64,000 bases of DNA from Podarcis liolepis (Eukaryota), in the NCBI GenBank assembly GCA_965112155.1, contig OZ218098.1; one strand, written 5' to 3'. Below the pieces are notes generated by a model that made no database searches, had not been told where the DNA came from, and saw only the letters and a program-made list of their open reading frames with translations. The stretch's first letter is position 1; every line of letters begins with the position of its first letter. Made by a program: the position numbers and the translations under genes. Below, piece by piece: positions 1 through 11,674 of this stretch.

Positions 1-269
1 TAGTGTTGTGGAAAAACTTATTTCAGGTGTCTTTACATGGTCAAATGACAAGACATAAACAAATGGGTCAGTACAGTTAAACATAAGGGCTTAAGTTACA
101 TTTTTGCTGGTATCCATTAAGGTTCCTCTGTTTACTTCTGAAACACCCATGTTGCCAAACTGCTTGCACAGTGTCAGAGTGAACCCAAAGTTCTAGAAAA
201 AGTACTTCTTTAACTAGGGGTCACTGTTTACAAAACTGGTGATTAGAAGTAACGAGCACATGTCAAACT

Positions 270-560
270 CAGTAATTTTAGAGCCACAATAGGCATTGTA
301 CAAATCTGCCCCCTTCAACATTCATGGCACCCAATTGCAAATATAGCAGTGATACTGTATTTCTACTTCCTGTTCTAACCTCAAGGAAATACATGTTTTT
401 TATATATAAGGCCAAATTAGATGTGGTGGCAGTAGACACAAATGCAGAATTTGATTTTGTAATCAAATCTCTGGGTGGGAAGAGCTTAATCTTCCTCCAT
501 TTGTGGGGTGGAGTCAGCCTTCCTCTGTTGTCCACCTACACTTAAATTGATCCTCACCCA
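270..560 (-). mobile_element. Decayed non-LTR retrotransposon C-terminal remnant (RTE-X-like)
   Basis: The minus frame LALYIK...R...LLYLQLGAMNVEGGRFVQC resembles the A-Y-L...R...LR-G...GRF...C region near the end of RTE-X ORFs. The match is weak. Confidence 0.3.
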
Positions 561-1589
561 CGCCTAACTCATATAACATACTTCATAGGCTATCAGCAAG
601 ACCTGGGCTGCCTTCGCATCTTGTTGTGACATTAAATCAGTAAATATCGGTAATACAGTAGTAGTTGACATACAACTTTTAGTTGTATAAATCTGAACAC
701 TGTAATAGAAACATGCAATCCTATACATGTCTACCTACATTGTTTGTGGCTACAAATATAACAATACTCCTGTAACTTTTATGGTTAAAAAACAAGACAA
801 CAAAGAAGCAATGCTTCTATGGCATTTCGATTCATCTTCACTAACAAATACAAAAAGGAATAATGTGAAAACTGGGCGGGGGGGGGGATCTTATATTTAA
901 ATCTACTGATATAATCCAAACCTGGTACATCCAGCACATTTCTCACTCACATAGAACTAGGCAAATACAGTTCCTGAGGCTTAAAAAAATAAAAAAATCT
1001 TCAGACATGTTGACGCTATGAAGAAATATGGCAATGATTCACCTGATGACATTGAGAGGTGTAAGAACCTGCTGATCTTGGGAAAGCACACATGGCCCAA
1101 CAAGCCTTTTTCCTTCCAGTATATGTCATCGCTATATCCCTGGTTTATCACTTCATCCTTCAATCCCTTCTCCCCTGAGATAAAAGTGTCCAGCTGCCTT
1201 AGATTACTTGCTTCATTGGCCAATTTTTCCGTACATTTACTACTGTTTGGGACAGAATTATTTCACTCAATTCCCAGTTTGCTTTTGAATTCCCAGCATT
1301 ACAATGTGTATCCTTGTATCCTAGTTTTGAACACTTTGCTTTGGCATGCACTATATTTGAACACACACACACTTTATTCACAGGAGATCGCAAAAAATTA
1401 GCCCATCCTCTTATAGAGAGAGGCAGCTCCCAAATCGAGATATATGAATTGATTTACTCAGCATTTTAAGTAAGATTCCCTCTAGTCAATTGTTTTTCAT
1501 TCAAACGCTAACAGTTAACCTTGCAACTCATTAATCCTAACACCTTAGGTCCTAAATATCTGAAAGTGCATCTCATCCTATACTAGGCT

Positions 1590-1990
1590 GCCCATTCATT
1601 CAGATTTTCACAGAAAGCCCTACTGGTGGTCCCCTTGTTGAAAACGTTTGTAGCAGCATGGTCTGGAAGAGGGTTTTCTTTGTGGTAGTCCCACATCTTT
1701 GCAACTGCCTCCATTCTGTGGTGTGTCAAGTCCCTACATTGCTTTCATCCTGATGACAGGCAAAGACTTTCTCCAGTTCCTGGGGATGGATGAAGAGCAT
1801 GTTGAACTGACAATACTTTTATTTTGCTTTTTTCTATCCATGAATTTTTATATGGGTTAGTAACTGAATTTTATGAAGTTAATTTATTCGTGTTTTAGTT
1901 TTCTTTGTTGTAAAATTGTTGTTTAATGTATGCCACTCTGGGATCTTTGGACAAAGAGAAGATTACAAATATCTGTACTAAATATTTTTA
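1590..1990 (+). mobile_element. Decayed L2-like LINE 3' end
   Basis: ctactggtggtcccc...agggttttctttgtggtagtcccacatctttgcaactgcctcc (RAFSVxAPxLWNxLP-like), followed by a T-rich UTR and a tgtatgccactctggga tail motif. Confidence 0.55.
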
Positions 1991-2229
1991 AATATATATA
2001 TACTCCCTTCTATATTATGACTATGATTCAGCATCCTGTTTCCAAGTACAGGAGTCAGGGTGTAAGAAACTGCAGGAGTGTCCCATACACAAATCTGGAT
2101 GCTTCACTATTATGGGTTCATCATCATTACCTATTGACAATTTTAAAGCTGCCTCTGATGACAAGAAACTGAACTTATAATAAAGTTTACTGCTTAAGGT
2201 AAGATTATACTATGCTTTATGAAACAAGT

Positions 2230-2610
2230 CAGGCGAATGTTTTTATGGAATGGAAATATCTGCAGGCACAAGGTCCTACATGGCTCGGGACTTGGGTACA
2301 GAAAGGAACATGTACTCCCACATTAAGCTGCCTGTGCACTAGCAGGTTTGAGTGACCTCCTTCACATGCCCAATGATAGGGCTTGCCAGCTGGGGAGACA
2401 GCCATCTGGGCTTTAACATTCCATCTTTGGGATGATCTTCCCAGTAGGCTCACGTCTTATGTTCTTTCAATAGCAAGCAAAAATATTATTTTCTCAGCTA
2501 TAAATCTTTTGTGATGTTCTTATGCTTCCATAGGAACATAAGAACTGTAAACTTGTTAGCTGCCCTGATAATATTTGTATTCAAGGAAAGAGTATAAATT
2601 AAGAAGAAAA
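2230..2610 (+). mobile_element. Decayed L2-like LINE 3' end
   Basis: aaggtcctacatggctcgggacttgggtac (KALHGLGPxY-like), ccatctttgggatgatcttccc and a tgttagctgccctga tail. Confidence 0.5.
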
Positions 2611-4433
2611 ATTACACAAGTGTAATTTAAATGAGCCAATTATGATTAAACCTCTGCACCTCTATACTGAAAGCCATGGAAGTAGTAGTACCCATCACTT
2701 GTTGAGGGAAAGATAGTGGCTGCTTACGTCAGAAGATGCAAGGAAAGGATATTCAAATTTAATAAATAATAAGTGTTTCTGGAAGGGGGGTTATTGGTTT
2801 GTTTTTGTTCTATTATGTATTTTGTGTTCACTTTTTTGTATTTTTCTGTTGTGAACCACCCTGTGATCTTTAGCTGATAGGTAGTAAACAAATTCAATAA
2901 ATATAAAAATATAAAAATAATATTCATCAAGCTTATATTGTAACTTCTAATGAAATTACCAACGGCGCTTTCCTCAACTATATGGTGTAGTTCATGATCC
3001 TCTTCATGAACTGAAACCCACAGGGTTTACATGCATTTGGCCAGACATGTAATTAAATAAATTGTAGTTGCAACTGAAAGTCTATGTAAAGCAGTTGCTC
3101 ATTAAGAATATGCCCAAAGGCTGGAGTCTGGGTTTGGTGTTTGGCTTTGGCATATTTTCCTCAAAACATCGACTGTGCTCCGCCCTGTTTAATACTTTAT
3201 AATAGGATATAATAAGTTTATGTTCCCTGATGTCCCTGACAGAATGATGTGTCTTTTAACTTAGTCAGTGCTCAGTGGGACTGGTACATCCCTTCTTTAC
3301 ACAGATGTCACAAGTTCAGGCGGTGGAAAAACATGTTTCAGCAGGTGAAACAACTCCAAAAATGAAAGTGCATGTGGCTCTCTGTGAGCTAACAAGGAAT
3401 GGGTCAGAACCATCATGCCTTGATTGTGAATTTACCGAAGGACATTTCACTAGCCCCTGTTGGAAGCAACACTAAGGCAGGCAGATGCTATACAGATAAA
3501 ACAAGGCAACTATTATGAACACTTTATTCTAAAGCCCCAACTGTGTTTGAAGACTGATACATATGAATAGGATATCTAATGATGGATGACTGAACTAGTA
3601 TAAATAATGAGATAAACATGGAGCACGTTCAAGACAGTGTTGTATACAACTGTGTTGCTGCACTGATGTAAGGAAAGCTCTTTGATCTAGTATTGGCTTG
3701 GATGCCTCTTTGGAAAACTGTTTCCATTTGTTGTATTGCATTGTTGTTGTACATGACTATGATATTTGGTTATGTTTAGTAGTCTATAACTTTTTTCTGT
3801 GCATCTCATGATTAATGCACTATGTGTCACCTTGCCATTCTTGCATCTCGATAATAATGAACAATGCATAATATTAAATAAACAAATAAATTTACTGCCA
3901 CTTCAAATTGGCCAACACCTCAGTAGAGACTGTATCAAAGCCATGAAAAATATGCCATCCTCTCACCCAATGTGGCTAGGCTCCCCTCCTTCAGTCCAAG
4001 CTTGAATATCTTATGGAAGTGTTGCAAAAACCTTTTTCTTTGGACTTACTTGCAATGACTAGTGCCAAGCTCCAAACCTTATGATTCAGTCTTCTCTACA
4101 TATATCTGCAGCAATATATCCCCCCGTTTTTTTGCCTGTAATAATGAACGTAAAGTTCATCTGATGTAACTTGGCAGCAGTAAAGGACTAGCAACCAGAG
4201 ATGAGGGGAAGAGATTGCTTGGAGGCCTAGACGTGACCCATTAAGTGACTCTAGTTACCTACCATTGAAATCAGTGAACTGCTGAGAAAAGAGCAAGATA
4301 AAAACAACAGGAAGCTACATACAGTATGCACAGGCCATGGAGCACCTGAAAAACTTTGTCCAAACCCCAGAATATCACTTTAGTATCATTTGTTTAATAT
4401 AAGTGCCATATAATTGGCAATATAATTCAGGGT

Positions 4434-5122
4434 AGGGTCATAACTTTGTGATAGAGCAGAAGGTCCCAGGTTCTGTCTCGGACAGACAACACCTAAAATA
4501 CTGTGTCCAACTCTGGACACCACAATTTAAGAAGGATGTTGACAAACGAACGTGTGCAGAGGAGGGCAACTAAGATGATCAAAGGTCTGGAAACCAAGCC
4601 TTACGAGGAACATCTGAAGGAGCTGGGTTTGTTTAGCCTGGATATGAGGACACTGAGAGGAGATATGACAGCCATCTTCAAATATCATAAACATGGAAGA
4701 GGGAACAAGATTGTTTCTTCCTGTTCTGGAGGGTTGGACTCAAATGAATGGCTTCAAGTTACAAGAAAGGAGACTCGAAATAAACATTCAGAAAAACTTT
4801 CTGAAAGTAAAGAGCTGTTCAATTGTGGAACAGTCTTTCTCAGATGGTTGTGGACTCTCCTTCTTTGGAGGCTTTTAAGCAGAGGTTGGATGGCCATCTG
4901 TCGTGGATACTTTAGCTGAGATTCCTGCATTGCAGGGGGTTGGACTAGAGGGCCCTCAGGGTCTCTTCCAACTCTACGATTCTATGATGATTCTGTGATT
5001 CAATCCCCAGGACCTCCCAGAGAGACTCCTGCCTGAAATCCTGGGGAACTGTTGCCAGTCAATGTAGACAATATTGAGCTAGATGGACCAATGGTCTGAC
5101 TCAATATAACGCAGATTCCTAT
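4434..5122 (+). mobile_element. tRNA-derived SINE (Squam3-like), split at its B box by a CR1 insertion
   Basis: The head ends at agcagaaggtcccaggtt (4472) and resumes at caatcccc (5001). It continues gttgccagtcaatgtagacaatattgagctagatggaccaatggtctgactcaatataa. Confidence 0.7.
4473..5000 (+). mobile_element. 5'-truncated CR1 LINE (ORF2 C-terminus plus 3' UTR)
   Basis: It encodes ERVQRRATKMIKGLETKPYEEHLKELGLFSLDMRTLRGDM. The typical UTR ggggttggactag...ttccaactctacgattctatgat and an (ATTCTRTG)n tail follow. Confidence 0.93.
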
Positions 5123-5182
5123 AATGTAGCATCATTTAAATTTCATATTCTAAAGACAAAATAGTGAAGAATGGACAAAACC

Positions 5183-5309
5183 TTTTTCTAGAAAAAGAGG
5201 TGCTGGAATGCACCATGAACAGCTCCCTTGTTCTCTTATAATGGCAATGGCATCTGCCTGAGAGGTGCCGGAACTGAGATTCAATGAGTTCTGGCTGAAA
5301 AATAGCCCT
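5183..5309. mobile_element. Non-autonomous DNA-transposon-like repeat
   Basis: tttttctagaaaaagaggtgc(t/a)ggaa is shared with a second fragment at about 38666-38702, and it ends in gccctg. Confidence 0.5.
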
Positions 5310-5599
5310 GGACAAAACCAATAGATATTATAAGGGTAAAATATGGAAAAGAAAATTGTAGTATTTCCACAGTACATTTATTTATTACTTATGAATCAAT
5401 TAGGCATTTGAATCACGTTTTAGGCAAAACAACTACAATAACCAGTTCCATGTAAAAATGCACGTCCGCACATCAGTCAAAGAAATAACTCACCTAGCTC
5501 TGAAAAACAGCATCTAATGAGTTTTTAATGCCCATTTAAAATTAATAGGGGGGGGCTTGCCTGATCTCACTTAGAATCGGGTTTCATTATTGGGGGCCG

Positions 5600-6150
5600 C
5601 TGGTGAAAAGGCATCTATGTGCCCACCAGCCTAAGAGTTTTGCTATAGGTTGGCATCTCAACAGGGTCTCCAAGATATAACATAAAGGATGGATAGATAT
5701 GAAAGGAGGCAGCTTTTAATACAACCTGTTTCCAAATCATTAAGGACTTTAAAGATCATTAACTGTACTGTGAATTGCATCTGAAAAAGCACTGGCAACC
5801 ACTGCAACTGGTATAATATTAGTGTGATGAGTTCTGACCATCTGGCCTTAGCCAGTAGCTAGGGAGAAACATTTTTTACCGCTTAAAGTTTCCAAACATC
5901 AAAGGCAGTCTGACACAGAAAGCATTACAGCACTTTTGCCTGGAAGTCACTAACACGTGAATGATCATAGGAAGCTGTGTTCTCCCCAGAAAGGGTCACA
6001 GCTGGTGTACCAGCCAAAGCTTGGGGGAAAGCATATCTGACCAACATAGCTACCTGGGCTTCCCCAGTTAGTCCAAGAGCCCACTCAGTCTGTGAACTTG
6101 ATGCTCCATGGGGAGTACAACCCCATCTAACACCACTGGAACACCTTCAG
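5600..6150 (-). mobile_element. Decayed L2 LINE ORF2 fragment
   Basis: The minus strand gives IIHVLVTSRQKCCNAFCVRLPL (consensus-like IHALVTSRLDYCNALYxGLP), with further L2-like 3' sequence. Confidence 0.65.
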
Positions 6151-7893
6151 TAAGAGCAATTGATTCCCTCCACTCTCAGCACCTCTGTTTTGTCCAGAAA
6201 AAGTTTCAGTTTGCTCGCCCTTACCCAACCCAGTACAAATTCCAGGCACTGATTCAAAAGCCTCCAAGAGATAAGCAGACAGAAAAGTCAGGTAGTAATG
6301 TGTGTTATCTGAAAATTTATGACACTGCCACTGTGCACCACAGAAATGTCCCAACACCACCTTCTGAGACTGGTTCTCTGAAAAGGATTGGAACCACTGC
6401 ACACTGTGCTTCTCAGTTCCAACCCAGGCAAAAGTTTCAAAGGTATACCATGGTTGGTGGTAATCAGAAGTTGTTTAGAGGTCTAGGAGAACCGAAAAGG
6501 TCACACAATCTCTCCCACCACCACATTCCCTGGTATAAACACCCACCTGGGTGACCAAGGCTATATCTATCCCAAAATTGGACCCGACGTCAGATAAGAT
6601 TTAAGGCTGTTCAAAAACTGTTTAAGCAAAACATTACTTCCATTAGACTTGGTTTTGTGTTTTCACTAGAATCCTCAATTAATTATTTCCCTAACATCAA
6701 ACTATTACAAAAGAGGTCAGCAAAGTAATTTAAAATCTCTATTCTCAACTCATTAAAAGTCTTGAATCTTTTGTACATGATGTGGACAGATCTATATGAA
6801 AAGACTTATGCAAAATATTCTTATGGTAATGAGATTGCACTACAGAAAATAATTGTTCACTATATTATATTTACAGTTCAAGTTCCTTATCTTTTCACAA
6901 CTATATCTTTCCTGCTAGCATTGTCTCTTCCCTTGGTTATTTAGGGCTCAGCAATGTAATTAAAACACAAGGATGGTTGAAATTAATGAACCACTCAGCT
7001 GTTTAAAGCTAAGAACCTTTTCTCAGCAATGTTCAATCTTTGAAACATTCCTTCCTCTGTAGACCCAAATTAGACAAATTTTCTTAATGATACATACTGT
7101 CAACAGATATCTATTAAAATAGTTACTGAACTCAACAGGACAGTTTCTGCCTAAATCAGTTCCTGACCTATGTGCTTGCTGATCACTATGAATAGGTACT
7201 AACATTTCCCAAAAAATTAAGGGCATCATCATATTTACACCTTTTCATATGTTGCACTGATGCATACATCTCTATTGTCTAAGCTGCTATTTGAAATAAT
7301 AGCGCAAAGTTAGACTATATGTAATTCCATATGCTAAACTTATATGTACAGTATATTGCTCCTGCTTACCTAATATTTATATATTCTGATACCTAATATG
7401 TATTTCAGACCATTCAGTTAAATTAGTTTGTACAATATGCACAGGTACACATACATTCACATACATCTGTGTACATTAAATTATACAGCTTACAAAGATA
7501 CAAATACATAGTGCAGAACTGTGATTGAAAGTGGCTAAGGCAATATATCTCTTAATAATTTGAGGTCTGAATGGTGTGTAAGATGCAGAAGCATATTTAT
7601 TACGGTGGATGATGAAGTATTCAGATTGAGCTCTTCCTCTTGCACAAGACTCAAGCAGGAGAAAAAACCTCTATCATCCACCTAATAAATCTACTATTCA
7701 GGTAAGACCAACCGTCCTTAATATGAAAAGGAGATTTTAGCAAAGGGTTGCTTTCCTATCAGTTCAACTCTTGGAACTACACCTAAGCTCATGTTTCCAG
7801 AAATGGCAACTTAGGCCTGCATTAGATGTAACAATAATTACATGGCAGATGCTTGAAATCACACATCCCATTATGATTTCAATCATGGCAGAA

Positions 7894-8134
7894 CAGTGGT
7901 ACCTCGGTTTAAGAACATTCCTGTTTACAAATGATTCGGTTTATGAACTCCGCAAAACCAGAAGTAGTGTCCCAGTTTGCAAACTTTACCTTGGTCTAAG
8001 AATGGAATCTGAACAGTGGAAGGGCACCAGTGGCAGGAGGCCTCATTAGGGAAAGCACGCCTTGGTTTAAGAACGGTTCCAGTTTAAGAATGGACTTCTG
8101 GAACGGATTAAGTTCATAAACCGAGGTACCACTG
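7894..8134. mobile_element. Tc1/mariner-superfamily (Tigger/pogo-type) MITE, 241 bp
   Basis: TIRs cagtggtacctcggttta...taaaccgaggtaccactg. TA lies on the right flank and AA on the left. Confidence 0.88.
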
Positions 8135-8483
8135 TATAAACCCCTGGAAAGCAGTTGATGAAGGTGTGTAGGAAGCCACTTCACACAAACAGCCTTGCAT
8201 GTGCAATAGTGCCCTTACTGCTTCATTTGTAAGCAAGTACCATGCCCCTGTCACAAGTTATGAAAATGTTTAAGCCACTGTTTCAGGGAAATAATTCTAA
8301 ACCATGTAAAGAGACAGAATGTGCCTGTTGAAACCAGTAGACAAATGATAAGCACACTCTTTTAGTGAGGTACATCCTCCTTTTGGAGTTCAAAAACGTA
8401 ACAGACATCATACTCAAAATGACTTAGCTTTTTGTGCCAAGTGTTTAAGCACTAAAAGAAAAGAGTTCACTGATAAGGCAGAG

Positions 8484-8655
8484 TTGGCCCAATACACTTT
8501 TGTGCCTGAGGCGAAAAATAAGAATGGTTTTCCCAATAATGACAAAACTATAGCAATAAACAAAATAACAGACAATCTGCTGCCCTTTTATTGTACCCCC
8601 AGATCTACCAGATAAAGCAAGCTGGCCCATTCTTCCTAGCTTTAGAGCTGGCCTG
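8484..8655. mobile_element. Old hAT-like MITE
   Basis: Degenerate ends cagagttggccc / agagctggcctg and an internal tgtgcctgaggcg motif. No clean TSD. Confidence 0.35.
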
Positions 8656-9328
8656 GAACCTGGATGCATGACCTTGCAAGAACACCCATTACGAAGAAGC
8701 TTCCTCAGCCTCCTGACTAGAAATAGCTCTTTGTAAGTTAAAGGCTGTTCTACCCTTTCAGTGTCTGATGTCTACATCAAATGCATAGGTGACAGGGACA
8801 GGTTTGCAGAATCAAAGGAACAGGGAGGAGAACAAGTTTATAATGAAGACAGAAACTAAGTGATGAAATCTGTCCAGGATTGTCTTCATTCTTTTCCTCA
8901 TTGCTGTACCCACCCTGCCTTCCCTCCCACCCAGGATAGAACAAATATGTCTGCAACTGATGCTGTAGCAACAGGCTATTAAGTACAGTTTTGAAATTTT
9001 ATATTGCTTTGAAGAAAAGATTTTTATATACACCTGCAGTCTCTTGGAAGGACAAGTATAATATCTACTTGCCAGACATATTAGCAGTAATAATAATCTA
9101 TAATGTGCTTGTAGATAAATATATGTTATGCATTCATGTGTACAGTGTGCATATTTAGATTATATACGTACTGCATTCAAATGTACATATTTAAATCATG
9201 GATCAAGTCAACACAAACATGCACTCTTTTCTTTCTGCTAAGACAACAGCATAGACTCCCAAGTTTTCAATCCACAGTGGATTTTTAAATGTTCTTAGTC
9301 CCAATCTTCAGAACAGAATTAAACTGAA

Positions 9329-10132
9329 NNNNNNNNNNNNNNNNNNNNNNNNNNNNNNNNNNNNNNNNNNNNNNNNNNNNNNNNNNNNNNNNNNNNNNNN
9401 NNNNNNNNNNNNNNNNNNNNNNNNNNNNNNNNNNNNNNNNNNNNNNNNNNNNNNNNNNNNNNNNNNNNNNNNNNNNNNNNNNNNNNNNNNNNNNNNNNNN
9501 NNNNNNNNNNNNNNNNNNNNNNNNNNNNNNNNNNNNNNNNNNNNNNNNNNNNNNNNNNNNNNNNNNNNNNNNNNNNNNNNNNNNNNNNNNNNNNNNNNNN
9601 NNNNNNNNNNNNNNNNNNNNNNNNNNNNNNNNNNNNNNNNNNNNNNNNNNNNNNNNNNNNNNNNNNNNNNNNNNNNNNNNNNNNNNNNNNNNNNNNNNNN
9701 NNNNNNNNNNNNNNNNNNNNNNNNNNNNNNNNNNNNNNNNNNNNNNNNNNNNNNNNNNNNNNNNNNNNNNNNNNNNNNNNNNNNNNNNNNNNNNNNNNNN
9801 NNNNNNNNNNNNNNNNNNNNNNNNNNNNNNNNNNNNNNNNNNNNNNNNNNNNNNNNNNNNNNNNNNNNNNNNNNNNNNNNNNNNNNNNNNNNNNNNNNNN
9901 NNNNNNNNNNNNNNNNNNNNNNNNNNNNNNNNNNNNNNNNNNNNNNNNNNNNNNNNNNNNNNNNNNNNNNNNNNNNNNNNNNNNNNNNNNNNNNNNNNNN
10001 NNNNNNNNNNNNNNNNNNNNNNNNNNNNNNNNNNNNNNNNNNNNNNNNNNNNNNNNNNNNNNNNNNNNNNNNNNNNNNNNNNNNNNNNNNNNNNNNNNNN
10101 NNNNNNNNNNNNNNNNNNNNNNNNNNNNNNNN
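9329..10132. other. Assembly gap (804 N)
   Basis: Run of N. Confidence 1.
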
Positions 10133-10625
10133 TCTTTAGTTATACACTAAGCCATGTACAAAAGAGGGATGGTTCACACACCACCATAACAATAATCTAC
10201 CATATCAAAAAGTATAAAATGGTAGAACCTTTTTCTTCCCTATGTAAAATATCAAAATGAATAAATTCCGATGAATAGTTATTTAAAAGCTAGAATCTAA
10301 ATCACCACTCAACACCTAAACAAAGAAATCCATTTAACAACTGATAACAAGAATTTCAAAACTATGCAGATTTCCAGGTGTTTTCCCATGGAAAACCATG
10401 AACAGAATCTAAGGCACTGTTGAACACTTTGTAAAGAGAAAACAATATATATACATTAGCTCAGACTGTCTATAATTCTTGTTTCATGCCTAAAAGAACT
10501 AACTCTGAATTGCTATTTAAATATTGCAATTTAAATTGTTTCAGAAATGGATAATAATAATAATAATAATATATTAAAAAACACTTCAACCATGGAAGCA
10601 AACAGATTGATGTAGAATAACTTAC

Positions 10626-10702
10626 CAGTTGTTTACTTGTAGAATTGTAAGTCCTGTGTCTTGGGCTAACTGTTTCTTCTGCTCCTCTGAAGGATACGGA
10701 TG
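10626..10702 (-). CDS. MEIS2: Internal coding exon of homeobox protein MEIS2 (TALE homeodomain PYP loop, helix 2, start of helix 3; equivalent of human exon 9)
   Basis: The reverse complement reads tttattag|CATCCGTATCCTTCAGAGGAGCAGAAGAAACAGTTAGCCCAAGACACAGGACTTACAATTCTACAAGTAAACAACTG|gtaagt, which translates to [25 protein letters not shown](W). It is 77 nt, phase 0 to phase 2, with canonical AG/GT ends. The peptide is shared by MEIS paralogues. The codon choices (CATCCG, AAACAGTTAGC, ACAGGACTTACAATTCT, GTAAACAACTG) match my recollection of MEIS2 rather than MEIS1. Confidence 0.93.
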
Positions 10703-10737
10703 CTAATAAAAAGAAATGTTTTAAAAGATGAATCAGA
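10703..10737 (-). promoter_or_regulatory. 3' splice site, pyrimidine tract and probable branch point of the MEIS2 exon
   Basis: The minus strand reads tctgAttcatcttttaaaacatttctttttattag. A YTNAY branch motif has its A at 10733, about 31 nt from the AG, with no intervening AG. Confidence 0.75.
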
Positions 10738-11318
10738 ACTTATGAAAGATGCACTATAAGAATGAAACCATCTTTTTTAGTGTGAACCGTATCCTCAGGG
10801 ATTGATATAACTGATTTGTATGTTATTTCTAAAACAAAAATCTTAAGTCCCATTAATTTAAAATAGTATGCTGAATCAGAGTATACTTTCTCCTTGTTGA
10901 TTTCCTTGCATGCAATGTGGGAGCAGGATCATGCCTTCCTTCCCCATTTATCAAACATGCCTGTCTTGCCAGACATCCTGTAGACCCAGTTCTCCACTGC
11001 CAATGCCCAAACCCTGTATGAGGGAAAACTGATAATGCCATTCAAACCTACAATATGTATATTGTCTGTTACGTATGTAGGCCCTATTCAACCACATGTG
11101 TGTTTCCAATGGGAGACATATATATTGTGTGTAAGAAAGCTCAACCTGTCTTTACATCAAAAATAGAGAGCAAAAACAAGGAGAACCTGCCATCCAATCA
11201 ATGGCTGTAGGGGCCAAACTCTACTCAGCAGATGCTCAAGAACCACATTGCTAATGTGCACCAGTTTTGATGGGGGAAGAGGAGTTGTAATGGAATCCAT
11301 GGTTAGCTTATGCATATA

Positions 11319-11674
11319 CAGTGGTGCCTCGCAAGACGAAATTAATCCGTTCCGCGAGTCTCTTCATCTAGCGGTTTTTTCGTCTTGCGAAGCAACCCTA
11401 TTAGCGGCTTAGCGCTATTAGCGGTTTAGCGGCTATTAAAGGCTTAGCGGCTATTAAAGGCTTAGCTGATTAGCGGCTAAAAGGCTATTAGCGGCTTAGC
11501 AGCTTAGAAAAAGGGGGGGGGAGCAAAAAAAAATCGGAACACTCGCAAGACGTTTTAGTCTTGCAAACCAAGCCCATAGGGAAAATCGTCTTGCGAAGCA
11601 GCTCAAAAACGGACAACCCTTTCGTCTAGCAGGTTTTCCGTCTTGCGAGGCATTTGTCTTGCGGGGTACCACTG
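11319..11674. mobile_element. Tigger/pogo-type MITE, 356 bp, with internal minisatellite
   Basis: TA|cagtggtgcctcgcaagac...gtcttgcggggtaccactg|TA, with repeated cgtcttgcga motifs and retained CpGs. Confidence 0.9.

Larger units (their letters stand above)
1..10625 (-). other. MEIS2: Large MEIS2 intron downstream of the homeodomain exon (more than 10 kb, runs off the window)
   Basis: It begins with the gtaagt donor at 10625-10620. The next exon (FINARRRIVQPMIDQ) is not seen, although an 804-nt gap lies inside. Confidence 0.78.

Noticed and set aside
981-1401. Overlapping ORFs; the minus frame YWKEK...FPKISR is vaguely like a hAT dimerisation domain
   Set aside because: The diagnostic ERxFS motif and splice signals are absent. 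At most this is an unidentifiable decayed transposon.
3580-3589. Isolated PBX-HOX motif TGATGGATGA
   Set aside because: TGATNNAT is expected dozens of times by chance in this AT-rich window, and there is no adjacent MEIS site.
4503-4919. 138-aa ORF
   Set aside because: Frameshifted CR1 ORF2 remnant, not a host gene.
6108-6554. Longest ORF in the window (148 aa)
   Set aside because: No recognisable domain, antisense to MEIS2, begins in an L2 remnant, and its length is compatible with chance in 64 kb.
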